This document shows positions 1 to 9,550 of a stretch of DNA of 55,812 bases, in pieces. The first letter of the stretch is position 1. Each line of letters starts with the position of its first letter. Location: positions 1 to 55,812 of the forward strand of contig JAFGQW010000094.1 in NCBI GenBank assembly GCA_016935485.1. The letters are read 5' to 3'. The DNA is from Planctomycetota bacterium (GTDB lineage Bacteria > Planctomycetota > JAFGQW01). The notes beneath the pieces were generated by a model, which was not told where the DNA came from, ran no database searches, and saw only the letters and a program-made list of their open reading frames with translations. A program made the position numbers and the translations under genes.

Positions 1-2526
1 GATGCTCGCCGGATCGCCGCCATGCTCGCCGCAGATGCCGACCTTGAGATCCGGTCGAGCCCGCCGGCCCTCGTCCACCGCCAGGGCGACCAGTCGGCCG
101 ACGCCGATCGTGTCCAGGGAGGCGAACGGGTCGGTCTCCAGCAGGCCCTTGTCGATGTAGTAGGGCAGGAACGAGCCCACGTCGTCGCGGCTCAGTCCGA
201 ACGTCATCTGGGTGAGATCGTTGGTGCCGAAGCTGAAGAACTGGGCGCGGCGGGCCACCTCGCCGGCGGTCAGCGCGGCCCGCGGCACCTCGATCATGGT
301 GCCGACCAGGAACCGCAGTGGGCGGCCCCGCTCCTGGCGGATCGTTTCGTAGACCTCCATGACGTTGCGGGCAAGGCAGTCGAACTCGGTGACGACGCCG
401 ACCAGCGGGATCATGATCTCCGGGTGCACGTCCACGCCCTGCTCGGCCACGTTGCAGGCGGCTTCGAGGATGGCGCGGACCTGCATCCGGTAGATCTCGG
501 GGAACGTGATGCCGAGCCGGCAGCCGCGGTGGCCGAGCATCGGGTTGAGCTCGCGCAGGGCGGCGACCTTCGCCGCCACCGCCTCCACGCTCACGGCGAG
601 CCGCTGGGCCATCTCCTCCTGGGCCCGCGCATCTTCCGGCAGGAACTCGTGGAGCGGCGGATCGAGCAGGCGAATGGTCACGGGCAGCCCGTCCATGGCG
701 CGGAAGATGCCCTCGAAGTCGCCGCGCTGCATGGGCAGGAGCTTCGCCAGCGCCTTCTCGCGGTCGGGCGTGTTCTCGGCGAGGATCATCTCGCGCATCG
801 CCCAGATCCGTTCCTTCTCGAAGAACATGTGCTCGGTCCGCGTCAGGCCAATGCCCTCGGCGCCCAGTTCGCGCGCCTTGACCGCGTCGCCAGGCGTGTC
901 GCAGTTGGTCCGGACCTTCAGGGTGCGGATGGCATCGGCGAACTTGAGCAGATCCTCGAAGTCGCCCGAGATCTCCGGCGGGATCGTGGCGACCTCGCCC
1001 CGGTAGACCTCGCCGCTCGTGCCGTCGAGACTGAGGAGGTCCCCCTCGCGGACGGCCGTGCCGTCTTCGGTCCGGAAGGACCGGTGGTCGGGCGCGATCT
1101 GGATCTGGGCGCAGCCGACGATGCAGCACTTGCCCATCCCGCGGGCCACGATGGCGGCGTGGGACGTCATGCCGCCGACGGCGGTGAGGATGCCCTGGGC
1201 GGCGTGCATGCCGCCGACGTCCTCGGGGCTCGTTTCGCGGCGCACCAGCAGGACCCGCTCGCCGCGGGCGGCGCGGGCCTCGACGTCCCGGGCGGTGAAG
1301 TAGACGTGTCCGGAGGCGGCCCCGGGGGAGGCCGGCAGCCCGCGGGCGATGACGGTCCTGGGCGCCGCCGGATCGAAGCTCGGATGGAGCAGCACGTCGA
1401 GGTCCTCGGGCCGCACGCGGGTCACGGCCGTCCGCTCGTCGATCAGCTCCTCCTTGACCATCTCGACCGCGCAGCGCACCGCCGCAACCGGGGTCCGCTT
1501 GCCGCGGCGGGTCTGCAGGATGTAGAGCTTGCCCTCCTGGATGGTGAACTCGATGTCCTGCATGTCCCGGTAGTGCCGCTCCAGGGTCTCCTGATGGCGG
1601 CAGAGCTCCCGGTAGCTGTCGGGCAACACGGCTTCGAGCGTCGCGATCGGCTCGGGCGTCCGGATGCCGGCGACCACGTCCTCGCCCTGGGCGTTGATCA
1701 GGTACTCGCCGTAGAAGACCTTCTCGCCGGTGGCGGGGTTGCGCGTGAAGCACACCCCCGTGCCCGACGTGTCGCCCATGTTCCCGAAGACCATGGCCTG
1801 CACATTGACCGCCGTGCCCAGCAGGCCCGTGATCCGGTTGAGGGCGCGGTACTTCACCGCCCGCGGGTTCGACCAGGACCGGAAGACCGCCTCCACGGCC
1901 ATCCGGAGCTGCTCGCGCGGCGCCTGCGGGAAGGCCTTTCCGGTCTTCTGCTCGAAAACCGCGCGGTAGCGCTGGGTCAGGTCCCGCAGCTCCGCCGTCG
2001 TCAGCTCGGTGTCGGCGGTCTTGCCCGTTTCCTCCTTGAGCGCCTGCATCTCGGCCTCGAACTCGGCATGCTCCACGCCCATGACGACGTTGCCGAACAT
2101 GTTCACCAGCCGGCGGTAGGCATCCCAGGCAAAGCGCTCGGTACCGGCGGCCTCGACCAGCCCCTGGACGGACTCGTCATTGAGCCCGAGGTTCAGGATC
2201 GTGTCCATCATGCCCGGCATGCTGTCGGCGGCGCCGCTCCGGACGCTCAGCAGCAGGGGTCGCTCCGGCGCCCCGAATCGCTGGCCCATCTCCTCCTCGA
2301 GCCGCCCGAGGTAGCGTTCCACCTCCTCCCACAGGCCGGCCGGCAGCCGGTTGTGGTTCGCGATGAACGCAGCGCACTGCTCGGTGGAGAGGGTGAATCC
2401 GGGCGGAACCGGGATGCCGAGGCGCGTCATCTCCGCCAGGTTCGCGCCCTTGCCGCCGAGGAGCTCCTTCATGGAGGCGTTGCCCTCGGTCTTGTCCTTC
2501 GCGAAGAAATAGACGGGTTGGCTCAT
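1..2526 (-). CDS. ppdK: Pyruvate, phosphate dikinase (3' end runs off the window)
   Basis: Manual translation from ATG 2526 gives MSQPVYFFAKDKTEGNASMKELLGGKGANLAEMTRLGIPVPPGF; window edge reads KVGICGEHGGDPASI. ATG overlaps the upstream stop (ATGA). Missing from the ORF track because no stop lies in the window. Confidence 0.96.
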   Translation of the reverse strand, partial: MSQPVYFFAKDKTEGNASMKELLGGKGANLAEMTRLGIPVPPGFTLSTEQCAAFIANHNRLPAGLWEEVERYLGRLEEEMGQRFGAPERPLLLSVRSGAADSMPGMMDTILNLGLNDESVQGLVEAAGTERFAWDAYRRLVNMFGNVVMGVEHAEFEAEMQALKEETGKTADTELTTAELRDLTQRYRAVFEQKTGKAFPQAPREQLRMAVEAVFRSWSNPRAVKYRALNRITGLLGTAVNVQAMVFGNMGDTSGTGVCFTRNPATGEKVFYGEYLINAQGEDVVAGIRTPEPIATLEAVLPDSYRELCRHQETLERHYRDMQDIEFTIQEGKLYILQTRRGKRTPVAAVRCAVEMVKEELIDERTAVTRVRPEDLDVLLHPSFDPAAPRTVIARGLPASPGAASGHVYFTARDVEARAARGERVLLVRRETSPEDVGGMHAAQGILTAVGGMTSHAAIVARGMGKCCIVGCAQIQIAPDHRSFRTEDGTAVREGDLLSLDGTSGEVYRGEVATIPPEISGDFEDLLKFADAIRTLKVRTNCDTPGDAVKARELGAEGIGLTRTEHMFFEKERIWAMREMILAENTPDREKALAKLLPMQRGDFEGIFRAMDGLPVTIRLLDPPLHEFLPEDARAQEEMAQRLAVSVEAVAAKVAALRELNPMLGHRGCRLGITFPEIYRMQVRAILEAACNVAEQGVDVHPEIMIPLVGVVTEFDCLARNVMEVYETIRQERGRPLRFLVGTMIEVPRAALTAGEVARRAQFFSFGTNDLTQMTFGLSRDDVGSFLPYYIDKGLLETDPFASLDTIGVGRLVALAVDEGRRARPDLKVGICGEHGGDPASI

Positions 2527-3224
2527 CGTGCTTGTTCCTGGTCCTCTTCCTGTGGATCGCCGGTCGCGGCGCTCTCCGCCAGCGCCTTGCGGAGCGACGA
2601 GCTCACGGAATCGATGTTCAGCAACCGCCAGCGATCGGTCGCCGTGATCTTCTGGATCGATGTGGCGGGCGGCATCTCCTGCGTTGGGGGCACCTCGAAG
2701 GCAACGGTGAACGTCCGGTCCCGGACCCGGATGAGTGTGGCGATGTCGGCCACCGGGACCTCGACCGGGATGATGTCGCCGGTCTCCAGGTCCTCCCACC
2801 AGACCCACACGACCGGCTCGTTCACCAGCCGGAAATCGGCAAAGTGGGGGCCCTTCCTGAGCCGGATGACCACCTGGGGAGGCGTGGTTCCCGGCACGGG
2901 CGCCGTCGCCCCGGTCTCGGCCTCCAGGAACAGGTCGACGAGCTCGCGGTTGGCGGCCAGAAACCGATCCCGGCCGAGGTGGTATTCCGCGAGGCTGACC
3001 GGGTGCTCCCGCTTGAGCTGGTCCGAGAGGCACAGGTACTCGTAGTGGGCGTTCTCGGCCCGGAAGGCCCGGCGGTAGGTCTCGACGGCGGCGGCGGGCG
3101 TCGACCAGTCGAGCTCGCCGAGCAACGGGGGGGGCGGGGCCGGGCAGAAGAGCGCCCCGAGGCAGGCGCAGCCCCCGCCGAGCGCGACCGCTGCCGCGAG
3201 CAAGAAACCGCGCACGAGGTGCAA
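2523..3224 (-). CDS. Hypothetical exported protein / lipoprotein
   Basis: Hydrophobic N-terminus with lipobox-like LGGGC; stop overlaps ppdK start; promoter upstream. Confidence 0.7.
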   Translation of the reverse strand: MHLVRGFLLAAAVALGGGCACLGALFCPAPPPPLLGELDWSTPAAAVETYRRAFRAENAHYEYLCLSDQLKREHPVSLAEYHLGRDRFLAANRELVDLFLEAETGATAPVPGTTPPQVVIRLRKGPHFADFRLVNEPVVWVWWEDLETGDIIPVEVPVADIATLIRVRDRTFTVAFEVPPTQEMPPATSIQKITATDRWRLLNIDSVSSSLRKALAESAATGDPQEEDQEQAR

Positions 3225-3292
3225 AAAAGACCCCTCCTCAGCTCGACCGATCCGGACGCCGGCGCGTCGGAGGATCTCCTCGCCGACGGCGA

Positions 3293-3321
3293 ACTATAGC
3301 ACCGCCGTGCCGCGGTTGAAA
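3293..3321 (-). promoter_or_regulatory. Sigma70-like promoter for the lipoprotein-ppdK operon
   Basis: Minus strand TTTCAA-17bp-TATAGT with TG extension. Confidence 0.5.
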
Positions 3322-3379
3322 CCGACTCCCGGCGCCTTCCGCGCACGGAGCGTCCCGCGGTCGCGGGACGGCGAGATCC

Positions 3380-3408
3380 TTGACCCGGAGGGTCTTCCTT
3401 TCTACCCT
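3380..3408 (+). promoter_or_regulatory. Sigma70-like promoter for the pil operon
   Basis: TTGACC-17bp-TACCCT. Confidence 0.55.
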
Positions 3409-3553
3409 GACGTAGCCTGGGCCCGGGGACCACGGCGGGGCCGGGCTCTCGGGCTCCAGGCGGTGGCTGGCGCCGCGTTCCCCGGCGGATGCCGGGATTC
3501 GACCTCTCTCCCGCGTCGCGCGCGGTGCGCCTGCAAGGAAACGAGTCTGCGCG

Positions 3554-5248
3554 ATGTCGCAATCCGGCCGGCTGAAACTCGGCGATCTCCTCCTCCAGGA
3601 GGGGGTGATCGACACGGTGGCCGTGGACCAGGCGCTGCGCTACCAGTACGAGCACAAGGTCCGGTTCGGCGAGGCGCTGGTCGCGCTCGGGCTGGCGGAC
3701 GAGGTGTGCGTCGCGCGGGCGCTCGCGCGCCAGGCGGATCTTCCGTTCGTGGACCTGAGCAAGGGCAAGATCCGTCCCGAGGTGCTCGCCACCATCGACC
3801 GGGCGGTGGCGGAGGAGTACCGGATGCTGCCCATCAAGATCTCCGGCGGCGTCGTGTTCGTGGCGATCGCCGATCCGGTGGATGCGCTCAATGCCGACAG
3901 CCTGAGCTTCCTGCTGGGGCGCGAGGTGCGCTGCGCGCTCGCCGCGCCTTCGGCGCTGCGGGCGGCGTTCAAGACGCACTACGACCTCGAGGCGGGCCCG
4001 GCCCGGCCGGGCAGTCCGGCGCGCGCGGCGGCGGCGGCGCTGGCGGCGCCACCGGAGGTCGACGAGGACGAGGCTCCCATCATCCGGCTCGTCACCCAGC
4101 TGGCGGAAAACGCGCTCAAGATGCGGGCGTCCGACATCCACGTGGAGTCCTTCGAACAGCGCCTGCGCGTGCGCTACCGGGTGGACGGCGTGTGCCGGGA
4201 GGTAGCCAGCTATCCCAAGCACCTGCAGGGGCCGGTGCTGAGCCGCCTGAAGATCATGTCGGGCATGGACATCGCCGAGAAGCGCCAGCCCCAGGACGGG
4301 CGGATCAACCTGAAGATCGACGGCCGCGACATCGATGTGCGGGTCTCGGCGCTGCCGTCCACGCACGGCGAGAGCATCGTGCTGAGGCTGCTGGACAAGG
4401 AGACCGGGCTCGTGAGCCTCGAGCGGCTCGGCTTCCATCCCGACGACATGAAGCGCTTCCACCGCATCATCCAGCGGCCCAACGGCATCTTCCTCGTCAC
4501 CGGGCCCACCGGCAGCGGCAAGACGACGACCCTGTATGCGGGCTTGAAGGAGCTGAACCGGCCGGACGTGAAGATCATCACCGCGGAAAACCCCGTCGAG
4601 TATCACCTGCCCGGGGTCAACCAGGCGGAGGTGCAGACCCGGGTGGGGATGACGTTCGCGCGGATCCTCCGGGCCATGCTGCGCCAGGCCCCGAACATCA
4701 TCCTGGTGGGCGAGATCCGCGACCGCGAGACGGCGGAGATCGCCATCCAGGCGGCGCTCACCGGCCACCTGGTGTTCTCCACCCTGCACACCAACGACGC
4801 GCCGAGCGCGATCACCCGGCTCATCGACATGGGGGTCAAGCCGTTCCTCGTGTCCTCGAGCGTCCAGGCCGTGATGGCCCAGCGGCTGGTCCGGCGCCTG
4901 TGCCCGGAGTGCAAGGCCCCGTACCACCCGCCGGCGAGCGAGCTCAAGGCGGTGGGACTCGCCGCGGAGGACGTCCCGGACGTCACCCTCTACCGGGCGG
5001 TCGGCTGCGCGGCGTGCGAGCAGACCGGCTACCGCGGCCGCCAGGGCATCTTCGAGCTGCTGGAGATGAACAGCGAGATGCGCAACCTGATCCACCGGAT
5101 GGCCTCGACGTCGCGGCTGCGCGAAGCGGCCGTGCTGGCTGGCGGCATGGTCACGTTGCTCCGGGACGGGGTCCGCAAGGCGCTCGCCGGCAGCACGAGC
5201 CTGGACGAGGTGCTCCGTGTGACCTACGGAGAGGAGATGCTGGTGTGA
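3554..5248 (+). CDS. pilB: GspE/PilB-family assembly ATPase (copy 1) with MshEN-like N-terminus
   Basis: ASDIHVE, Walker A GPTGSGKTT, LVGEIRD, STLHTNDA, tetra-Cys CPEC...CAAC. Confidence 0.9.
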   Translation: MSQSGRLKLGDLLLQEGVIDTVAVDQALRYQYEHKVRFGEALVALGLADEVCVARALARQADLPFVDLSKGKIRPEVLATIDRAVAEEYRMLPIKISGGVVFVAIADPVDALNADSLSFLLGREVRCALAAPSALRAAFKTHYDLEAGPARPGSPARAAAAALAAPPEVDEDEAPIIRLVTQLAENALKMRASDIHVESFEQRLRVRYRVDGVCREVASYPKHLQGPVLSRLKIMSGMDIAEKRQPQDGRINLKIDGRDIDVRVSALPSTHGESIVLRLLDKETGLVSLERLGFHPDDMKRFHRIIQRPNGIFLVTGPTGSGKTTTLYAGLKELNRPDVKIITAENPVEYHLPGVNQAEVQTRVGMTFARILRAMLRQAPNIILVGEIRDRETAEIAIQAALTGHLVFSTLHTNDAPSAITRLIDMGVKPFLVSSSVQAVMAQRLVRRLCPECKAPYHPPASELKAVGLAAEDVPDVTLYRAVGCAACEQTGYRGRQGIFELLEMNSEMRNLIHRMASTSRLREAAVLAGGMVTLLRDGVRKALAGSTSLDEVLRVTYGEEMLV

Positions 5249-5314
5249 GGCGGGCGCGGTGGCGCCACGCCCGCCAGCGGGCCGCCGGCGGCCGAACGAA
5301 GGAGATCTGACCCC

Positions 5315-6376
5315 GTGCTCGACATCCTCCCGCTGCTGAACCTCGTGGTCGAGAAGAACGCGAGCGACCTGCACCTGGCGGTGGGCCGGCCGCCGACCGT
5401 GCGGCGGTACGGTCGGCTCATCGACGTCAAGGGCGCGCCGCTCACCCCGGAGGACACCGCGCAGCTGGTGAGCCAGATCATCCCGGAGCGCTGCCGGCGC
5501 GAGCTCGAGGAGGTCGGCACCACCGATTTCGCCTACGCGCTCGCGGACAAGGGGCGCTTCCGCGTGAGCGCGTTTCACCAGAAGGGCTCGATCGGGGTCA
5601 CGCTCCGGCTCATCCCCTCCAAGCTGCTCAGCTTCGAGGAGATCTGCCTGCCGCCGACCGTGAAGGAGCTGCTCCGGCGGCCGCGCGGCCTGTTGCTCGT
5701 CACCGGTCCGACCGGCAGCGGCAAGACCACGACGCTCGCCACCATGCTAGACTACGTCAACAGCACCTTCGACCATCACATCATCACCATCGAGGACCCG
5801 ATCGAGTACTACCACAACCACCGCAAATCCATCGTCACCCAGCGCGAGGTCCACGTCGACGTGCCCTCGTTCGCGGAGGGGCTGCGCCGTTCGCTCCGGC
5901 AGGACCCGGACGTCATCATGGTGGGCGAGATGCGGGATCTCGAGACGATCAGCGCCGCGATCACCGCCGCGGAGACGGGTCACCTGGTGCTCGCCACGCT
6001 GCACACCACCGGCTCGGCGCGGACGGTGGATCGCATCATCGACGCGTTCCCGCAGGAACAGCAGGAGCAGATCCGCGTGCAGCTGAGCGTGAGCCTCGTC
6101 GGCGTCATCAGCCAGGTGATCATGCCGCGGGCGGACCGCCCCGGACTGCAGGCGGCCTTCGAGCTGATGGTCATGACGTCGGCGATCGAGAACCACATCC
6201 GCAAGAACGAGACCTTCAAGATCATCTCCTCCATCCAGACCTCGAAGAACCTCGGGATGCAGATGCTCGACGACCACCTCTACGAGCTCTACACGCAGGG
6301 GCGGATCAACGAGGAGTACCTGTTGCTCCGGGCGCAGAGTCCGCGGGACCTGCGCACGAAGCTGGGGCTGGGCTAG
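5315..6376 (+). CDS. pilT: Type IV pilus retraction ATPase PilT/PilU
   Basis: ASDLHL, GPTGSGKTTTLA, TIEDPIEY, LRQDPDVIMVGEMRD, AETGHLVLATLHT, AIENHIR (AIRNLIR variant). Confidence 0.93.
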   Translation: MLDILPLLNLVVEKNASDLHLAVGRPPTVRRYGRLIDVKGAPLTPEDTAQLVSQIIPERCRRELEEVGTTDFAYALADKGRFRVSAFHQKGSIGVTLRLIPSKLLSFEEICLPPTVKELLRRPRGLLLVTGPTGSGKTTTLATMLDYVNSTFDHHIITIEDPIEYYHNHRKSIVTQREVHVDVPSFAEGLRRSLRQDPDVIMVGEMRDLETISAAITAAETGHLVLATLHTTGSARTVDRIIDAFPQEQQEQIRVQLSVSLVGVISQVIMPRADRPGLQAAFELMVMTSAIENHIRKNETFKIISSIQTSKNLGMQMLDDHLYELYTQGRINEEYLLLRAQSPRDLRTKLGLG

Positions 6377-6402
6377 GCGGAGAATACAAGGGAGAGCGCT
6401 CC

Positions 6403-8115
6403 TTGGCTGCACCGCGCCGGAACCTCCTCGGGCAGATCCTGAAGGGCATGGGCCTCCTCAACGAGGGGCAGGTCCAGGAGGCGCTGCACGTGCAGCGGGC
6501 CCAGGGCGGCCCGCTCGGCGAGATCCTGGTCGCCCGGGGGGCGATCACCGCCGATCAGCTGATGGTCGCGCTCGGCGCGCAGGCCGGCATGGAAGTGGTC
6601 CGCCTGGCCGGCGTGGCCATCCCTCCCGCCGTGGTCGCCAAGATCGACAACTCCACCTGCAATCTCTTTCGCGTCGTGCCGGTGCGCGAGCAGGACGGCG
6701 TCCTCGTCGTGGCCATGGCCGACCCGATGAACGCCGGCATTCTCGACGATCTGCGCTTCCTGCTCAACCAGGAGGTCCGCGGCGTCGTGGCGCCCGCGGC
6801 CGAGGTCGAGGCGGCGCTCCAGAAGTACTACCCGGAGGCGCTTGGCGGCCTGGACCGGGCGGTGAAGGAGACCGCGCGGGACGAGCGCGCCGCCGCGCTC
6901 GCCCGCACCGGCCCGCTCGATCTCGCGGACGCGGAGGCGATGGCCAAGTCGCCCCCCGTGGTGAAGCTCTTGAACTACGTGCTGTTCCAGGCCATTCGCG
7001 ACCAGGCCAGCGACATCCACCTCGAGCCCTTCGAGGACGACTTCAAGGTGCGCTACCGCATCGACGGCGTCCTTTACGAGCTGGAGTCGCCCCCGCGCCA
7101 TCTGGCCGAGGCGCTCACGAGTCGCATCAAGGTGATGGCGGACCTCGACATCGCGGAGACCCGCGCGCCCCAGGACGGCCGGATCGAGCTGGTGATCAGC
7201 GGCCGGCCGGTGGACATCCGCGTCTCGACCCTGCCGACGCTGTTCGGCGAGAGCTGCGTGATGCGGGTGCTCGACCGCAGCGTGGTGAGTCTCGATCTAC
7301 AGAAGATCGGCCTGCGCGACGCGGAGCTCGAGGCGATCCGCAGCCTGATCCACCGGCCCCACGGGATCATTCTCGTGACGGGGCCGACCGGCAGCGGGAA
7401 GACCACGACCCTCTACTCCGCGCTCAACGAGGCCAACGACGTGGGCATCAAGATCATCACCACCGAGGATCCGGTGGAGTACGATCTGGAGGGCATCGTG
7501 CAGGTGCAGATCCACGAGGACATCGGGCTCACGTATGCGCGATGTCTGCGCGCGATCCTGCGCCAGGATCCCGACAAGATCCTGGTCGGCGAGATCCGCG
7601 ACGAGGAGACGGGACGGATGGCGGTGGAGGCGTCGCTGACCGGCCACGTGGTCTTCTCGACGCTGCACACCAACGACGCACCGAGCGCGATCACCCGCAT
7701 GATCGATATCGGCGTGGAGTCGTTCCTGCTCGCGGCCACCCTGGAGGCGGTGGTGGCCCAGCGCCTGGTGCGCAGGATCTGCCCCGACTGCAGCGCGGAG
7801 TACACGCCCTCGCCGGACGTGCTCGCGGAGCTCGGGTTGACCCCGCGCGAGGTCGCGGGGCGCACGTTCCGCTACGGCAAGGGGTGCGCGGCCTGTCACC
7901 ACACCGGCTACCGCGGCCGGCACGCGATCTTCGAGATCCTGCTGGTGAGCGAGCGGCTGCGCCAGATGATCACCGAGAACCTGAGCACGGACCGGATCCG
8001 GGAGGCGGCGCTGGAGGAGGGCATGCGGACGCTGCGGGACGCCGGGTTGCTCGCGATCTACGACGGCATCACCACGGTGGAGGAGGTCATCCGGGCCACG
8101 GTGGCCGAGACCTGA
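6403..8115 (+). CDS. pilB: GspE/PilB-family assembly ATPase (copy 2)
   Basis: ASDIHLEP, GPTGSGKTT, TTEDPVEY, LRQDPDKILVGEIRD, CPDC...CAAC; TTG start after GGGAG. Confidence 0.9.
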   Translation: MAAPRRNLLGQILKGMGLLNEGQVQEALHVQRAQGGPLGEILVARGAITADQLMVALGAQAGMEVVRLAGVAIPPAVVAKIDNSTCNLFRVVPVREQDGVLVVAMADPMNAGILDDLRFLLNQEVRGVVAPAAEVEAALQKYYPEALGGLDRAVKETARDERAAALARTGPLDLADAEAMAKSPPVVKLLNYVLFQAIRDQASDIHLEPFEDDFKVRYRIDGVLYELESPPRHLAEALTSRIKVMADLDIAETRAPQDGRIELVISGRPVDIRVSTLPTLFGESCVMRVLDRSVVSLDLQKIGLRDAELEAIRSLIHRPHGIILVTGPTGSGKTTTLYSALNEANDVGIKIITTEDPVEYDLEGIVQVQIHEDIGLTYARCLRAILRQDPDKILVGEIRDEETGRMAVEASLTGHVVFSTLHTNDAPSAITRMIDIGVESFLLAATLEAVVAQRLVRRICPDCSAEYTPSPDVLAELGLTPREVAGRTFRYGKGCAACHHTGYRGRHAIFEILLVSERLRQMITENLSTDRIREAALEEGMRTLRDAGLLAIYDGITTVEEVIRATVAET

Positions 8116-8372
8116 GGGCCCGCGCAAGAATAGCTTCCGGTTTTCGCGGCTCTTCTCGCCCAGGTCCGCGCGGCGGAAAGCCAGTGGAATCTCTGATTCG
8201 AACCGGCTTCCCGCCCCACGAACCTGAACGAGAATCTCGCGGCGAAACCCGGGAAGTGATCCTTGCGCGAACCCTGAGGACGGCCGGACGCGCCGCGGCC
8301 GGACCGGGGCTTCCCGCCGCCGGCGGCGGCGCGGGCCGGCGGTCTCTTGGGCGCGAAACGAGAGCGAGAGCG

Positions 8373-9503
8373 ATGGCGAAGAAGAAGACCCAGGCGAAGT
8401 ACTTCGACCCCCTGGCCCGGCGGCCCGAGGAGAAGCGGGCGATCCGGCGCGGCGGGCACGTGTCGGCCAAGGTGGTCACCCGCTTCAGCACCCAGCTCGC
8501 CACGCTGCAGGAGGCCGGGCTGCCGATCGTCCGGAGCCTCAAGATCCTCGAGGGCCAGCTGCGCCCCGGGCGGATGAAGATGATCGCCGGCGCGGTGGCC
8601 GAAGACGTCGAGGGCGGGGCGAGTCTCAGCGAGGCGATGGCCAAGCACCCGGCGGCGTTCGACAACCTCTACGTGCAGATGGTGCGCGCGGGCGAGGCGG
8701 GCGGCATGCTGGACAAGGTGCTGCGGCGGGTGGCGGACTTCAAGGAGAAGGCCGAGAAGCTGCGCACCCAGATCAAGGGGGCGATCACCTACCCGATCTT
8801 CGTGATCCTGTTCGCGCTGGGCGTGATCTTCTTCATCACCACGGTGGTGGTGCCGCAGTTCGAGAAGATCTTCCGGGATCTCGGCAGCGACGAGCTGCCG
8901 CGGGCGACCCAGCTTCTGCTCGGCCTGAGCAACTTCCTGCAGAAGCACTGGTACGTGGTGCTGGCAATCCCGGTGCTCGTCTACCTCGTCTTCAAGATGG
9001 TGCGCCGGTCGGCCCGCGGCCAGCTCGCGACCGACCGCTGGTCGCTCCGGCTCCCCCGGCTCGGGGGGATCAACCGCAAGAACAAGATCGCGCGGGTCGG
9101 CCGGACGCTGGGGACGCTGATCGCCAGCGGCGTGCCGCTGCTCGATGCGCTCGAGATCACGCGCAACGGGGTGGGCAACCGGGTGATCGAGCAGGCGCTC
9201 GACAAGGTGAAGTCGGCGGTCCGCGAAGGCGAGGGGATCGCCGAGCCCATGGGGGAAACGCGCCAGTTCGATGACATGGTGGTCAACATGGTGGCGGTCG
9301 GCGAGGAGACCGGCGAGCTGGACCGGATGCTGCTCCGGGTGGCGGACACCTACGAGTACGAGGTGGACATCGAGGTGGCCGGGCTGGTGCGGCTGCTCGA
9401 GCCGCTGCTCATCATCCTGGTGGGCGGCATCGTGGGGTTCATCCTGTTCGCGGTCTTCCTGCCGCTGCTCGAGATCATCAAGAAGCTGGGTGCTTCGGGC
9501 TGA
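8373..9503 (+). CDS. pilC: GspF/PilC inner-membrane platform protein
   Basis: FSTQLATLQEAGLPI, MVRAGEAGGMLD, AITYP, MVAVGEETGELD, LLEP; likely start ATG 8373 rather than 7542. Confidence 0.92.
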   Translation: MAKKKTQAKYFDPLARRPEEKRAIRRGGHVSAKVVTRFSTQLATLQEAGLPIVRSLKILEGQLRPGRMKMIAGAVAEDVEGGASLSEAMAKHPAAFDNLYVQMVRAGEAGGMLDKVLRRVADFKEKAEKLRTQIKGAITYPIFVILFALGVIFFITTVVVPQFEKIFRDLGSDELPRATQLLLGLSNFLQKHWYVVLAIPVLVYLVFKMVRRSARGQLATDRWSLRLPRLGGINRKNKIARVGRTLGTLIASGVPLLDALEITRNGVGNRVIEQALDKVKSAVREGEGIAEPMGETRQFDDMVVNMVAVGEETGELDRMLLRVADTYEYEVDIEVAGLVRLLEPLLIILVGGIVGFILFAVFLPLLEIIKKLGASG

Positions 9504-9550
9504 GCGCGGCCGGGCGACGGATGCCTGGCGCGCGCCCGACGGGAGGCGCC

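Noticed and set aside
22-3045. 1007-aa plus-strand ORF
   Set aside because: Antisense shadow of ppdK and the upstream gene; no motifs; long stop-free antisense frames are expected at this GC content.
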